A DNA stretch of 64,000 nt from Eledone cirrhosa (GCA_964016885.1 OZ024743.1:50530001-50594000), one strand, 5' to 3'. Positions 1 to 13,835 are shown, counted from the first letter of the stretch. A program made the numbers and translations. The notes: generated by a model not told the origin, from the sequence alone.

Positions 1-355
1 GTCTAGCAGTAAGGAAAAAGTTTTTCGAGTCAGTAATAAAGTAAGATTGAATGTAAAATGGTGGCGTTGCCAGGAATAGACTTTTTACTGTTGAATATAA
101 TGCTTCCCAAGATAAATGGAAAGTTTCTGATTAGAGAATTAATATTTTATGTAATGGGATTCTAGGAAATCTTCCCCGGGGGAAATTATGTCATAACTTC
201 ACTGCGAGACAAACTAACGAGATTATTTTATATAACTTCACTGCGTGACAAACCAACGAGATTTCAACATAATTTACTGCGAAACTTTGCAAAGTTTCGG
301 GGTTAAAAAATCTCTGCTTTTAATAATTTGGTGTTGCTAACACTGTGAAAGTGCT

Positions 356-482
356 TGGCTTTGTGGTTAGTGTGTTCGGCTCTCGAACGTAAGGTCGTGA
401 GTTCGATTCCTGACTACGCGCTGTGCTCTTGAGAAAGACATTGTGTCACGTTGCTCCAGTACACTCAACTGAAAAAAGTAAG
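356..482 (+). mobile_element. tRNA-derived SINE (CORE-like family), degenerate
   Basis: A-box-like TGGCTTTGTGGTTAG and B-box GAGTTCGATTCC, followed by TGTGCTCTTGAGAAAGACA and GTTGCTCCAGT..ACTCAACTG. The same motifs recur inverted at 22370-22541. Confidence 0.7.
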
Positions 483-814
483 TCATACTTCTGATTCCAA
501 AGGGTTGAGGATTACGTCAAGGGTGCACGTTTTCGAGGAATGAACCCAAGATGTTACGCAGAGGGATTGAACCTAAACCCACGCAATCATACCTGCAACT
601 ATATTATTGAAAAAGAAACAATGAAAGACGCCAATGTGTTGACTCTTTGTCAGAAGTTTCAGCTGTTTGATCATGAAATTAACCTGTAAGTGACTGAGTA
701 TCTCGCAGACATGTGTATCATTAATGTAGTACTCAGGGAGATTCAACTTGGAGCAGTGTGTGACATGACTTGCCATTTAAATTACAGGTACAGCATATTT
801 TTGTCAGATGAGCA

Positions 815-915
815 GACAGGGACTACATACAATGAAGTGTCTTGCTCAAGGGCACAACGAGTCAGTGGCTCAAACAAAGTCTTTACTTCTTCAAGCGACA
901 ACCATAAACGTTAAG
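815..915 (-). mobile_element. SINE fragment (CORE-like family)
   Basis: AAGTGTCTTGCTCAAGGGCACAAC is the reverse complement of the family core GTTGTGCCCTTGAGCAAGACACTT. Confidence 0.55.
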
Positions 916-1157
916 TGACTTTTAAAAGATCAATAAATACGATGAATGAAGAACTAAAAGTGTCTATAATAAAATGTGTAAAACTGTAAAGAATCCGGTT
1001 CTAATTAATCACGTAAAGGCAAGAAGGAAGTTCGTTTCATGTATTCTCATAAAACAGCACAGCTCGCCATATTGTCTTTTAAAATAGTGCCTTCTCATTA
1101 TAACTCATCATAACTCTCCGGTTCACCTCTCAACAGATCTAGTCACTGAGATTAAAA

Positions 1158-1339
1158 ATAATTGTTTCTACTTTTGGCACCAGGCCATCAATTACCCAGT
1201 ACATTACTGGTACTTTATTTTATCGACCCCGTAAGGATGGAAGGCAAAGTTAACCTCGACGGGATTTGAACTCAGACCGTAAAGGGAAGTAACTATGCTG
1301 GAAAGCATGGCGTCCGACCCTCTACCGATACTGCCAATT
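1158..1339 (-). mobile_element. tRNA-derived SINE, family A
   Basis: Minus strand reads TGGCAGTATCGGTAGA (A box) ... GAGTTCAAATCCC (B box) ... TTTGCCTTCCATCCTTACGGGGTCGATAAAATAAAGTACCAG. At least seven copies in the window. Confidence 0.85.
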
Positions 1340-1555
1340 CTTAAAAATAATGAACATTATCAAGACAATAAATATTATCAAGATAATGAACATTATCAAG
1401 CTATTTATTCAACTTTATCCTCAATAAAGTCTTTTGAAATTCTCAATAAACTGACTCCATTTTCCTGCTGGGTGTCGTCTGCTTTTTAAGTTATCTCACT
1501 TCACGCTTGGAATGTCATTCGGGTTCTTTGTTGTTAACGAACTTCTCAATCAATC

Positions 1556-1559
<4 letters not shown>

Positions 1560-1594
<35 letters not shown>

Positions 1595-1634
1595 CTCTCA
1601 CACCCACTTTCTTTCTTTTCTCTCTTCTTCTCTT

Positions 1635-1713
<79 letters not shown>

Positions 1714-1880
1714 CTCTCACACCCACTTTCTTTCTTTTCTCCTTTCTTCTCTTTCTTTCTCTCTCTCTCTCTCACTCTCTCTTTCAATCTCTCTCTCTCT
1801 CTATCTCTTTCTCTCTCTCACTTTCTTTTCTCTCTTCCTCTCTTTGTTTCTCTCTGTCTCTTTTTCTTTCTCCCTTTCTC
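1560..1880. repeat. (CT)n microsatellite / polypyrimidine tract
   Basis: Seen directly. Confidence 0.95.
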
Positions 1881-2046
1881 TCTCGCTATATGTACACCTT
1901 ATCCCTTCAACGCCCGTCTCTCTATCTCTGCCCCACCTCTCTGCCCCACCCTTCACAACCAACAATCTCTACGCTCAGCCAGTCGTGTCTATAAAGTAAA
2001 CATCAAAGGAACAAAACATTCGTTTAGACCTACAGTTAACTCCTAC

Positions 2047-2190
2047 AACCACCGCCACCACCACCACCACCACCACCACCACCACCACCACCACTACCAC
2101 CACTATAACCACCACCACCACCATCACTACCACTAATATTACCACCACTACCACCACCACCACCACCACCCCCGCCACCACCACTACCAA
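2047..2190. repeat. (CAC)n microsatellite
   Basis: Seen directly. Confidence 0.95.
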
Positions 2191-2290
2191 ACACTATTAT
2201 ATAACAAACCATTGTTCCTCAATAGCTTCAATCATCAGTTTTATTTTTATTTTTCCCAATTGAACTGATGAAAAACTGCAGTCAGACATT

Positions 2291-2892
2291 AACACACACA
2301 CACACACACACACACATACACTACACACACACATATACACACATACATATACACACACACACATACACACACATACACATACATACACATACACACACAC
2401 ACATACATACACACACATACACACACACACATGCACACACAGACACACACATACACACACACACACACACACATACACACACACACACATACACACATAC
2501 ACACACACACATACACCCTCACATACACACACATACACACACACACACACATACACACACACATACACATACACACACATACACCCTCACATACACCCCC
2601 ACACTCCCACACATACACACACACACCCTCACATACACACACATATACACACACATATACACATATTCCCCCCACACACACATACACCCACAGGTACACA
2701 CACATACACCCACAGATACACACACATACACCCACCCACACACACATACACACACATACACACACAGGTACACACCCACACATACACACACAGATACATA
2801 CATACACACATACACACACACATACACACACACACACACATACACACACACATACATACACACATACACACGCACACATACACACACACACT
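2291..2892. repeat. Imperfect (CA)n/(TACACA)n microsatellite
   Basis: Seen directly. Confidence 0.95.
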
Positions 2893-2964
2893 CGTATCAT
2901 TACGTAAGGTGAGGTTATTGTCTTGTAACTGTCATTATTAGAAGATAGAAACAAAGATGGCGGC

Positions 2965-5900
2965 ATTGGACTGTGTCAGAGCACCATGTGTATCAGAGGT
3001 CAGTGGACTGTGTCAGAGGTCAGTGGAGTATATCAGAGGTCAGTGGACTTCGTCAGAGGTCAGTGGAGTGTATCAAAAGTCAGTGGGATGTATCAGAAGT
3101 CAGTGGACTATGTCAGAGGTCAGTGAACTGTTTCAGAGGTCAGTGGGTGTATCAGAGGTCAGTGGACTGTGTCAGAGGTCAGTGGAGTGTATCAGACATC
3201 AGTGGACTGCGTCAGAGGTCAGTGGAGTGTATCAAAGGTCAGTGGGCTGTATCAGAGGTCATTGGACTATGTCAGAGGTCAGTGGAGTGTATCAGAGGTC
3301 AGTTGACTGTGTCAGAGGTCACTGGACTGTATCAGAGGTCAGTGGACTGTATCAGAGTTCAGTGGACCGTCAGAGGTCAATGGACTGTATCAGAGGTCAG
3401 TGGACTGTATCAGAGGTCAGTGAGCTGTATCAAATGTCAGTGGACTGTATCGGAGGTCAGTGAACTGTGTCAGAGGTCAGTGGTCTGTATCAGATGTTAG
3501 TGAACTGTGTCAGAGGTCAGCGAACTGTGTCAAAGGTCAGTCGACTGAGTCAGAGGTCAGTGGGCTATATCAGAGATCAGTAGGCTGTGTCAGAGGTCAG
3601 TGGACTGTATCAGAGGTCAGTAGTCTGTATCAGAGGTCAGTGGACTGTATCAGAGGTCAGTGGGCTGTGTCAGAGGTCAGTGGACTGTATCAGAGGTCAG
3701 TCGTCTGTATCAGATGTCAGTGGAGTGTATCAGAGGTCAGTGGACTGTGTCAGAGGTCAGTGGAGTGTATCAGACATCAGTGGACTGCGTCAGAGGTCAG
3801 TGGAGTGTATCAAAGGTCAGTGGGCTGTATCAGAGGTCATTGGACTATGGCAGAGGTCAGTGGACTATATCAGACGTCAGTGGAGTGTATCAGAGGTCAG
3901 TTGACTGTGTCAGAGGTCAGAGATCAGTGGACTGTGTCAGAGGTCTGTGGACTGTGTCAGAGGTCAGTGAACTGTGTCAGAGGTCAGTGAACTGTGTCAG
4001 AGGTCAGTGAACTTTGTCAGAGGTCAGTGGGCTGTATCAGAGGTCAGTGGGCTGTGTCAGCGGTCAGTGGACTGTATCAGAGGTCAGTGGAGTGTATTGG
4101 AGATCAGTGGATTGTATCAGAGGTCAGTGGACTCTGTCAGAGCTTAGAGGTCAGTTGGCTGTGTCAGAGGTCAGTGGACTGTGTCAGAGGTCAGTGAACT
4201 GTGCCAGGGGTCAGTGGTCTCTATCAGAGGTCAGTGGAGTGTATCAGAGATCAGTGGAGTGTATCAGAGGTCAGTGGGCTGTATCAGAGGTCAGTGGGCT
4301 GTGTCAGGTCAGTGAACGCTATCAGAGGTCAGTGGAGTGTATCAGATATCAGTGGACTGTATCAGAGGTCTCTGGACTGTCAGAGGTCAATGGACTGTAT
4401 CAGAGATCAGTGGACTGTATCAGAAGTCAGTGGGCTGTATCAGAGGTCAGTGGGCTGTGTCAGGTCAGTGAACGCTATCAGAGGTCAGTGGAGTGTATCA
4501 GAGATCAGTGGAGTGTATCAGAGGTCAGTGGACTGTATCAGATATTGTAGTGTATCAGAGGTCAGTGGACTGTATCAGATGTATGTGGACTGTCAGAGGT
4601 CAATGGACTGTATCAGAGGTCAGTGGACTGTATCAGAGGTCAGTGGTGTGTATCGGAGGTCAGTGAACTGTATCAGAGGTCAGTGAACTGTGTCAGAGGT
4701 CAGTGGTGTGTATCAGAGGTCAGTGGCTTGTATCAGAGGTCAGTGGGTTGTCTCAGAGGTCAGTGGACTGTGTCAGAGGTCAGTGGACTGTATCAGAGGT
4801 CATTGGAGTGTATCAGAGGTCAGTGGACTGTATCAAAGGTCAGTGGAGTGTGTCAGAGTTCAAAGGTCAGTTGGCTGTGTCAGAGGTCAGTGGACTGTGT
4901 CAGAGGTCAGTGAACTGTGTCAGGGTTCAGTGATCTGTATCAGAGGTCAGTGGAGTGTTTTCAGAGATCAGTGGAATGTATCAGAGGTCTGTGGACTGTC
5001 AGAGGTCAATGGACTGTATCAGAGATCAGTGGACTGTATCAGAAGTCAGTGGGCTGTATCAGAGGTCAGTGGGCTGTGTCAGGTCAGTGAACGCTATCAG
5101 AGGTCAGTGGAGTGTATCAGATATCAGTGGAGTGTATTAGAGATCAGTGGATTGTATCAGAGGTAAGTGACTGTGTCAGAGGTCAGAGGTCAGTTGGCCA
5201 TGTCAGAGGTTAATCGACTGTGTCAGAAGTCAGTGAACTGTGTCAGAGGTCAGTGGTCTGTATCAGAGGTCAGTGGAGTGTATCAGAGATCAGTGGAGTG
5301 TATCAGAGGTCAGTGGACTGTGTCAGATATTGTAGTGTATCAGAGGTCAGTGGACTGTATCAGATGTATGTGGACTGTCAGAGGTCAATGGACTGTATCA
5401 GAGGTCAGTGGACTGTATCAGAGGTCAGTGGTGTGTATCGGAGGTCAGTGAGCTGTATTAGAGGTCAGTGAACTGTGTCAGAGGTCAGTGGTGTGTATCA
5501 GAGGTCAGTGGCTTGTATCAGAGGTCAGTGGGTTGTCTCAGAGGTCAGTGGACTGTGTCAGAGGTTAGTGGACTGTATCAGAGGTCATTGGAGTGTATCA
5601 GAGGTCAGTGGACTGTATCAAAGGTCAGTGGAGTGTGTCAGAGTTCAAAGGTCAGTTGGCTGTGTCAGAGGTCAGTGGACTGTGTTAGAGGTCAGTGAAC
5701 TGTGTCAAGGTTCAGTGATCTGTATCAGAGGTCAGTGGAGTGTTTTCAGAGATCAGTGGAGTGTATCAGAGGTCTGTGGACTGTCAGAGGTCAATGGACT
5801 GTATCAGATGTCAGTGGATTGTATCAGCGGTCAGTGGGCTGTATCAGGGGTCAGTGGACTGTGTCAGAGGTCAGTGGACTGTGTCAGAGGTCAGTGAACT

Positions 5901-8024
5901 GTGTCAGAGGTCAGTGAACTTTGTCAGAGGTCAGTGGGCTGTATCAGAGGTCAGTGGGCTGTGTCAGCGGTCAGTGGACTGTATCAGAGGTCAGTGGAGT
6001 GTATCGGAGATCAGTGGATTGTATCAGAGGTCAGTGGACTCTGTCAGAGCTTAGAGGTCAGTTGGCTGTGTCAGAGGTCAGTGGACTGTGTCAGAGGTCA
6101 GTGAACTGTGCCAGGTGTCAGTGGTCTCTATCAGAGGTCAGTGGAGTCTATCAGAGATCAGTGGAGTGTATCAGAGGTCAGTGGGCTGTATCAGAGGTCA
6201 GTGGGCTGTATCAGATATCAGTGGACTGTATCAGAGGACAGTAGACTGTGTCAGAGGTCAGTGGTCTGTTTCAGAGGTCAGTAGTCTGTATCAGAGGTCA
6301 GTGGACTGTATCAGAGGTCAGTGGGCTGTATCAGAATCCATTGGACTATGTCAGAGGTCAGTGGACTGTGTCAGAGGTCAGTGGACTGTGTCAGAGGTCA
6401 GTGAACTTTGTCAGAGGTCAGTGGGCTGTATCAGAGGTCAGTGGGCTGTGTCAGCGGTCAGTGACTGTGTCAGAGGTCAGAGGTCAGTTGGCTGTGTCAG
6501 AGGTTAATCGACTGTGTGAGAGGTCAGTGAACTGTGTCAGAGGTCAGTGGTCTGTATCAGAGGTCAGTGGAGTGTATCAGAGATCAGTGGAGTGTATCAG
6601 AGGTCAGTGGGCTGTGTCAGCGGTCAGTGGACTGTATCAGAGGTCAGTGGAGTGTATCGGAGATCAGTGGATTGTATCAGAGGTCAGTGGACTCTGTCAG
6701 AGCTTAGAGGTCTGTTGGCTGTGTCAGAGGTCAGTGGACTGTGTCAGAGGTCAGTGAACTGTGCCAGGGGTCAGTGGTCTCTATCAGAGGTCAGTGGAGT
6801 GTATCAGAGATCAGTGGAGTGTATCAGAGGTCAGTGGGCTGTATCAGAGGTCAGTGGGCTGTGTCAGGTCAGTGAACGCTATCAGAGGTCAGTGGAGTGT
6901 ATCAGATATCAGTGGACTGTATCAGAGGTCTCTGGACTGTCAGAGGTCAATGGACTGTATCAGAGATCAGTGGACCGTATCAGAAGTCAGTGGGCTGTAT
7001 CAGAGGTCAGTGGGCTGTCAGGTCAGTGAACGCTATCAGAGGTCAGTGGAGTGTATCAGATATCAGTGGAGTGTATCAGAGATCAGTGGATTGTATCAGA
7101 GGTAAGTGACTGTGTCAGAGGTCAGAGGTCAGTTGGCTGTGTCAGAAGTTAATCGACTGTGTCAGAGGTCAGTGAACTGTGTCAGAGGTCAGTGGTCTGT
7201 ATCAGAGGTCAGTGGAGTGTATCAGAGATCAGTGGAGTGTATCAGAGGTCAGTGGACTGTGTCAGATATTGTAGTGTATCAGAGGTCAGTGGACTGTATC
7301 AGATGTATGTGGACTGTCAGAGGTCAATGGACTGTATCAGAGGTCAGTGGACTGTATCAGAGGTCAGTGGTGTGTATCGGAGGTCAGTGAACTGTATCAG
7401 AGGTCAGTGAACTGTGTCAGAGGTCAGTGGTGTGTATCAGAGGTCAGTGGCTTGTATCAGAGATCAGTGGGTTGTCTCAGAGGTCAGTGGACTGTGTCAG
7501 AGGTCAGTGGACTGTATCAGAGGTCATTGGAGTGTATCAGAGGTCAGTGGACTGTATCAAAGGTCAGTGGAGTGTGTCAGAGTTCAAAGGTCAGTTGGCT
7601 GTGTCAGAGGTCAGTGGACTGTGTCAGAGGTCAGTGAACTGTGTCAGGGTTCAGTGATCTGTATCAGAGGTCAGTGGAGTGTTTTCAGAGATCAGTGGAG
7701 TGTATCAGAGGTCTGTGGAGTGTCAGAGGTCAATGGACTGTATCAGATGTCAGTGGACTGTATCAGCGGTCAGTGGGCTGTATCAGGGGTCAGTGGACTG
7801 TATCAGAGGTTAGTGAACTGTGTCAGAGGTCAGTGAACTGTGTCAGAGGTCAGTGGGCTGTATCAGTGGTCAGTGGGCTGTATCAGAGGTCAGTGGGTTG
7901 TTTCAGAGGTCAGTGGGCTGTGTCAGATGTCAGTGGACTGTATCAGAGGTCAGTAGGCTGTGTCAGAGGTCAGTGGTCTGTATCAGAGGTCAGTAGTCTG
8001 TATCAGAGGTTAGTGGACTGTATC
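2965..8024. repeat. 20-bp satellite, consensus TCAGAGGTCAGTGGACTGTA, about 250 units, with higher-order block duplications
   Basis: Tandem units are visible, and identical variant blocks recur (for example 4201 vs 6761 and 5167 vs 7106). Confidence 0.97.
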
Positions 8025-8107
8025 GTTCCTATTAACTACTTGAAAGAGTTTCGTCTAAATATTTGTCTTTAAAAATATACCTGATTAGAAATATCAAAAT
8101 GATATGT

Positions 8108-9425
8108 TATACACTATAGTATCTATAGTAACACTATAGTGTCTATAGTAACACTATAGTGTCTATAGTAACATTATAGTGTCTGTAGTAACATTATAGT
8201 GTCTATAGTAACATTATAGTGTCTATAGTAACATTATAGTGTCCATAGTAACATTATAGTGTCTATAGTAACACTATAGTGTCTATAGTAACATTATAGT
8301 GTCTGTAGTAACATTATAGTGTCTGTAGTAACATTATAGTGTCTATAGTAACATTATAGTGTCTGTAGTAACATTATATTATCTATAGTAACATTATAGT
8401 GTCTATAGTAATACTATAGTGTCTATAGTAACATTATAGTGTCTATAGTAATATTATAGTGTCTGTAGTAACATTATAGTGTCTGTAGTAACATTATATT
8501 ATCTATAGTAACATTATAGTGTCTATAGTAATACTATGGTGTATATAGTAACATTATAGTATCTATAGTAACATTATAATGTCTATAGTAACATTATAGT
8601 GTCTATAGTAACATTATAGTGTCTATAGTAATACTATAGTGTCTATAGTAACATTATAGTGTCTATAGTAATATTATAGTGTCTGTAGTAACATTATAGT
8701 GTCTGTAGTAACATTATATTATCTATAGTAACATTATAGTGTCTATAGTACTACTATGGTGTATATAGTAACATTATAGTGTCTATAGTAATATTATAGT
8801 GTCTATAGTAACACTATAGTGTCTATAATAACATTATAGTTTCTATAGTAACACTATAGTGTCTATAGTAACACTATAGTGTGTATAGTAACATTATAGT
8901 GTCTATAGTAACATTATAGTGTCTATAGTAACATTATAGTGTATATAGTACTACTATAGTGTCTATAGTAAAATTATCGTGTCTATAGTAACATTATAAT
9001 GTCTATAGTAACATTATAGTGTCTATAGTAATATTATAGTGTCTATAGTAACATTATAGTGTCTATAGCAATATTATAGTGTTTGTAGTAACATTATAGT
9101 GTCTATAGTAACATTATAGTGTCTATAGTAACATTATAGTGTCTATAGTAACATTATAGTGTCTATAGTAACACTATAGTGTATATAGTACTACTATAGT
9201 GTCTATAGTAAAATTATAATGTTACTATAGACATTATAGTGTCTATAGTAACATTATAGTGTCTATAGTAATACTATAGTGTCTATAGTAACATTATAGT
9301 GTCTATAGTAACATTATAGTGTCTATAGTAATATTATAGTGTCTATAGTAACATTATAGTGTCTATAGTACCACTATAGTGTCTATAGTAACTTTATAAT
9401 GTCTATAGTACCACTATAGTGTCTC
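8108..9425. repeat. 20-bp AT-rich quasi-palindromic satellite ACA(T/C)TATAGTGTCTATAGTA, about 65 units
   Basis: Units align in register with the 10-nt columns. Confidence 0.97.
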
Positions 9426-9607
9426 TGTAAACAACATCGTCAACAAAGTTATATTGACTTCAGAAATATCATCATCATTTTGTTTGTACAAATATAGCAA
9501 TATTAACATTATGCATTATACTGTATATACATACGTGTCTATATATTTGTATCTATACACGAACGTGTATGTGTGAGTGCGCTTCTCTGTATATGTGGGT
9601 GTCTGGG

Positions 9608-9608
<1 letters not shown>

Positions 9609-9681
<73 letters not shown>

Positions 9682-9735
9682 GAAGAAAGAAAGGAAGAAA
9701 GAAAGCGAGAGAGAGAGAGAGGGGGAGAGAGAGAG
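9609..9735. repeat. (GAAA)n then (GA)n microsatellite
   Basis: Seen directly. Confidence 0.95.
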
Positions 9736-9770
9736 CTCCAATCAGAATAGACTATCATTATATTTTCCTG

Positions 9771-10108
9771 AATTGGCAGTATCGGTAGAGGGTTGGACGC
9801 CATGCTTTGCAGCAAAGAGTTACCGCCCTTTATGGTCTGAGTTCAAATCCCGCCGAGGTTAACTTTGCCTTTCATCCTTACGGGGTCGATAAAATAAAGT
9901 ACCAGTAATGCACTGGAATAATTGCTGGCCTTGTGCCAAAAGTAGAAACAATTATATTTTCCTAGTCAAGTTACGGCCCTTGCCATTCTGAGTTCAAATT
10001 CCGCCGAGGTTAACTTTGCCTTTCATCCTTACGGGGTCGATTAAAATAAAGTACCAGTAATGTACTGAGTATTTGCTGGCCTTGTGCCAAAAAGTAGAAA
10101 GAATTATA
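9771..10108 (+). mobile_element. Two tandem family A SINEs (full copy 9771-9954, 5'-truncated copy 9966-10108)
   Basis: Near-identical to the reverse complement of 1158-1339. Confidence 0.85.
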
Positions 10109-10601
10109 TTTTCCTATCAAGTATTTTCGGGGTTGGCTTGGGGATCCAGCTTTCTCTCTCCTGTTTACTAATTCTGACATAAATTTGAAGGTTACCGAAA
10201 CCTGACCACATAGCAACGTGACTTTTTATGAGCCAATCATATCTCGTTTATCAAAGACATTAGTGAAGATAATGTCACATGACCTTCAGTATTTCCCTAG
10301 ATAATATATATAGCACAGTATAGAGAGAGATAATGGCAACAACCATAACTGTGTCATTCACAGTCATACACTGATATAGACTGGCTTTTTATGTGTCTAA
10401 GCATGTGAATATCTGTAGATGTATATAATTCGGTGGAAATGTATCGGTTGTGTAACTGGTGTATATGTATGAGTTTGAGCGTATGTGTGGGTGTGAGAAA
10501 TATATATATATATTTATATATAAATTTAAATTCAGCGAGAATCGTATTTCGGCGGGTAGAAAAAGCGAAACGAAACGCAAAGTCGTAAATATGCTGGCAA
10601 G

Positions 10602-10650
10602 TAGCCGTCGAAACGGCTTGAGCTCAGCCGTCGGGGTCTTACTTGTTCCT
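10602..10650 (+). mobile_element. PLE terminal-repeat fragment carrying the 3' half of a hammerhead (GAAA-CGGCT-tgagctc-AGCCG-TC)
   Basis: Related copies at 15952-16090, 42232-42285, 44575-44621 and 62575-62760. This copy ends at (TA)n. Confidence 0.6.
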
Positions 10651-10679
10651 ATATATATATATATATATATATATTTATT

Positions 10680-10820
10680 AAAATAACAGATTAAAGTTTA
10701 AGCAAAGAATCGCTGCTCTCACCCTTAACGGGATCTTCTGAGTTTCAGATATATTTGATATATATTTATCCTTATCGAGCCCTCTTTGGATTTTAGTCTT
10801 CAAATTTATTATTATTACTA
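10680..10820. mobile_element. PLE-like module: inverted hammerhead-like segment plus tail, between (TA)n tracts
   Basis: The same two-part module occurs at 15770-15940. Confidence 0.55.
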
Positions 10821-10841
10821 TATATATATATATATATATTT

Positions 10842-11645
<804 letters not shown>

Positions 11646-11650
11646 GAGGG

Positions 11651-12056
11651 TAGCACTAGGAAAGCTATGAACGACACATCTTTTTAACTTTGATTTTGAA
11701 AGTAGGTTTATAATTATTAATTTTCAATATACTTTTGTAGCTGTCTCGATGGCCTAGTTGAGGGAATCATAGACGGTAATGGTCCTGGTCTGAAGTTTGA
11801 TCCTGGTAGGGAGTAGGGTTCTCGGTAAACCTTTTCAGTTTTTTTTTCTATGGGATGTAAAATAAAAACTGAAAAGGATTGCATATACCTCTCGACCAGG
11901 ATCGAACCCAAAACCGGTATCTCCACCATCTCTCGTACCTACCGTTAGTCCACTGAGACAGATACAAACAATTACTGAAAATTCTTACTTATAAACCTAC
12001 TTTCAAAATTTTCAATACAAAATTATGTGGTGTCGTTCATGTCTTTCTTAATGTTA
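11651..12056. mobile_element. Foldback/MITE-like element with long imperfect inverted arms containing tRNA-like heads
   Basis: Left arm TAGCACTAGGAAAGCTATGAACGACAC...TTTTGAAAGTAGGTTTATAA matches the reverse complement of the right end. Confidence 0.65.
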
Positions 12057-12500
12057 TTGCTCCTACTTAAGGTCGACTTCTAAATATTTTGGGTGTTCCA
12101 TAAACTACATCCTCGTTTTGTTCCTCATCTATCTAGACTACATTTTAACCTGTAATCCATGTTTCATTACTGTCCCAAATCATTTCTCCCCCTCCTCGCC
12201 CCCTCTCTCTCTATATATATATCTTTCTCACTGTGCTATTTAATCTACTGTATCGATGACCTAGTTTGAGGAATCATAGACGGTGGTGATGCTGGTCGGG
12301 AGTAGGGTTTCCGGTAAACCTTTTCAGTTTTTAGATAAAATATTTTCAGTTATTTTAGTTAAAATATATTTTTTTAATTCAAATGAAAATAAAAATTACA
12401 TGTTGACATTCTCGTACCTTGTAAAATTTGATTTGATTTGGTCCAGACGTTTGAGAATGCACAGACAGACAAAGAGACAAATAATTTTATATATATATAT

Positions 12501-13571
12501 GCGGTCATGGTTTTCATTGACTTTAGGAAGGCCTTTGATTCTGTGGACCGTCACTGCCTGATGAAGATCTTACAGGCTTATAGAATCCCCAAGAAGATAG
12601 TGGACCTGAGATCACTGCTCTACACCAACACCAAAGCCCAAGTCATTACACCTGATGGGATGACAGAGTTCTTTGAGATACTGGCTGGAGTGCTCCAGGG
12701 AGATACATTGGCTCCCTACCTTTTTATCATCGCACTGGAGAAACACCAGGACACTGGCTTTACTGTAGCACCGGTTCAGAGAAGGAGAGTTAAGGCGAAA
12801 AAGATATCGGATGCTGAATTTGCCGACGACATAGTTTTGGTGACAAATACAGTAAAGGAGGCAGAGGGTTTGATGCAGGAGGTTGAGACTGTGTCGATGA
12901 GTGTGGGGCTGAGAATGAATGAGACTAAAACAAAATATCTGGTAGAGAATGTTGAGAAGCCAGAGGGGATCGCTAATGTAGGCGGGAAGCCGCTAGAATT
13001 GGTTGAGGACTTCCTGTATTTGGGAGCAAAGATTGGGAATACGGAAGATGATGTGGTTGAGGAGAAGAGCAAAGCCTGGGCGGCGTGCCACAGCTTGAGA
13101 TCGGTGTGGAAGTCGGACCTTCATAAAGACCTGAAAATCCGCCTCTTCATTGCTGTAGTGGTGTCTGTGCTGCTGTACGGGTCTGAGACTTGGACACTGA
13201 CCAAGAAACTCACTCAGATGGTGGATGGGTGCTACACGAGAATGAAGAGGATGGCTCTGAACATTAATCAGTATACACTGAGGATGAAAAACACAGAGCT
13301 GTATGGGAGCCTCCCAAAAGTCAGCTCAAAAGTGACACAGAGGAGACTGAGGTTAGCTGGACATGCTCACCGACATCCAGAGTTGACATTGCACTCAGTG
13401 CTCCCGTGGGAGCCCCTACATGGACACACTGGAAGAGGAAGACCAAGGTTAACCTATGTTGATGCCCTAAAGACAGACACTGGTCTGTTGGAGACGCAGG
13501 ACATTGCAGCGATAATGAGGGACAGGGACCGCTGGAGAGAACTCGTCCATGGATCTCGGGAATATTACCCT

Positions 13572-13573
<2 letters not shown>
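12501..13573 (+). mobile_element. 5'-truncated RTE-clade LINE, reverse transcriptase C-terminal part (open frame)
   Basis: FIDFRKAFDSV, GVLQGDTLAPYLF, FADDIVL, GLRMNETKTK, FLYLG, LLYGSETW, RRLRLAGH, GRPRLTY, DRDRWR. Flanked by (TA)n on both sides. Confidence 0.92.
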
Positions 13574-13648
<75 letters not shown>

Positions 13649-13775
13649 ATTTAATTTGTTGGGATTCCAACAAACTTAAAAGTTTATAACTGATATAGAG
13701 CACTCAACAGTTACTGGAGTAAATATTCAATATAGTTTCCAATAAATGGAAACTATATTTATAAAACCATAATTG

Positions 13776-13835
13776 TTTTATTATATATATTTCAAGGGCA
13801 ACCAAGCCATCTTGGTGTGCTTTCATCAGATAAAA
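13776..13835 (-). ncRNA. Type I hammerhead ribozyme (minimal, PLE-type)
   Basis: TTTTAT-CTGATGA-[stem II with ACCAAG/CTTGGT]-GAAA-TATATA-TA-ATAAAA. Stem I is 6 bp, the core is canonical and stem/loop III is palindromic. Confidence 0.75.

Noticed and set aside
191-285. Short ~39-bp duplication ATAACTTCACTGCG
   Set aside because: Two to three decayed copies only. The resemblance to a loxP arm start (ATAACTTC) is too short to be meaningful.
356-430. tRNA genes at SINE heads
   Set aside because: A/B boxes are present, but there is no full cloverleaf and the heads continue into SINE bodies.
2957-8072. Dozens of SEVSG/QRSV ORFs
   Set aside because: They are translations of the 20-bp satellite in all three frames.
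8108-9425. SP6 promoter-like GACACTATAG on the minus strand (vector contamination)
   Set aside because: Only a partial match within a diverged genomic satellite, and the upstream ATTTAGGT is missing.
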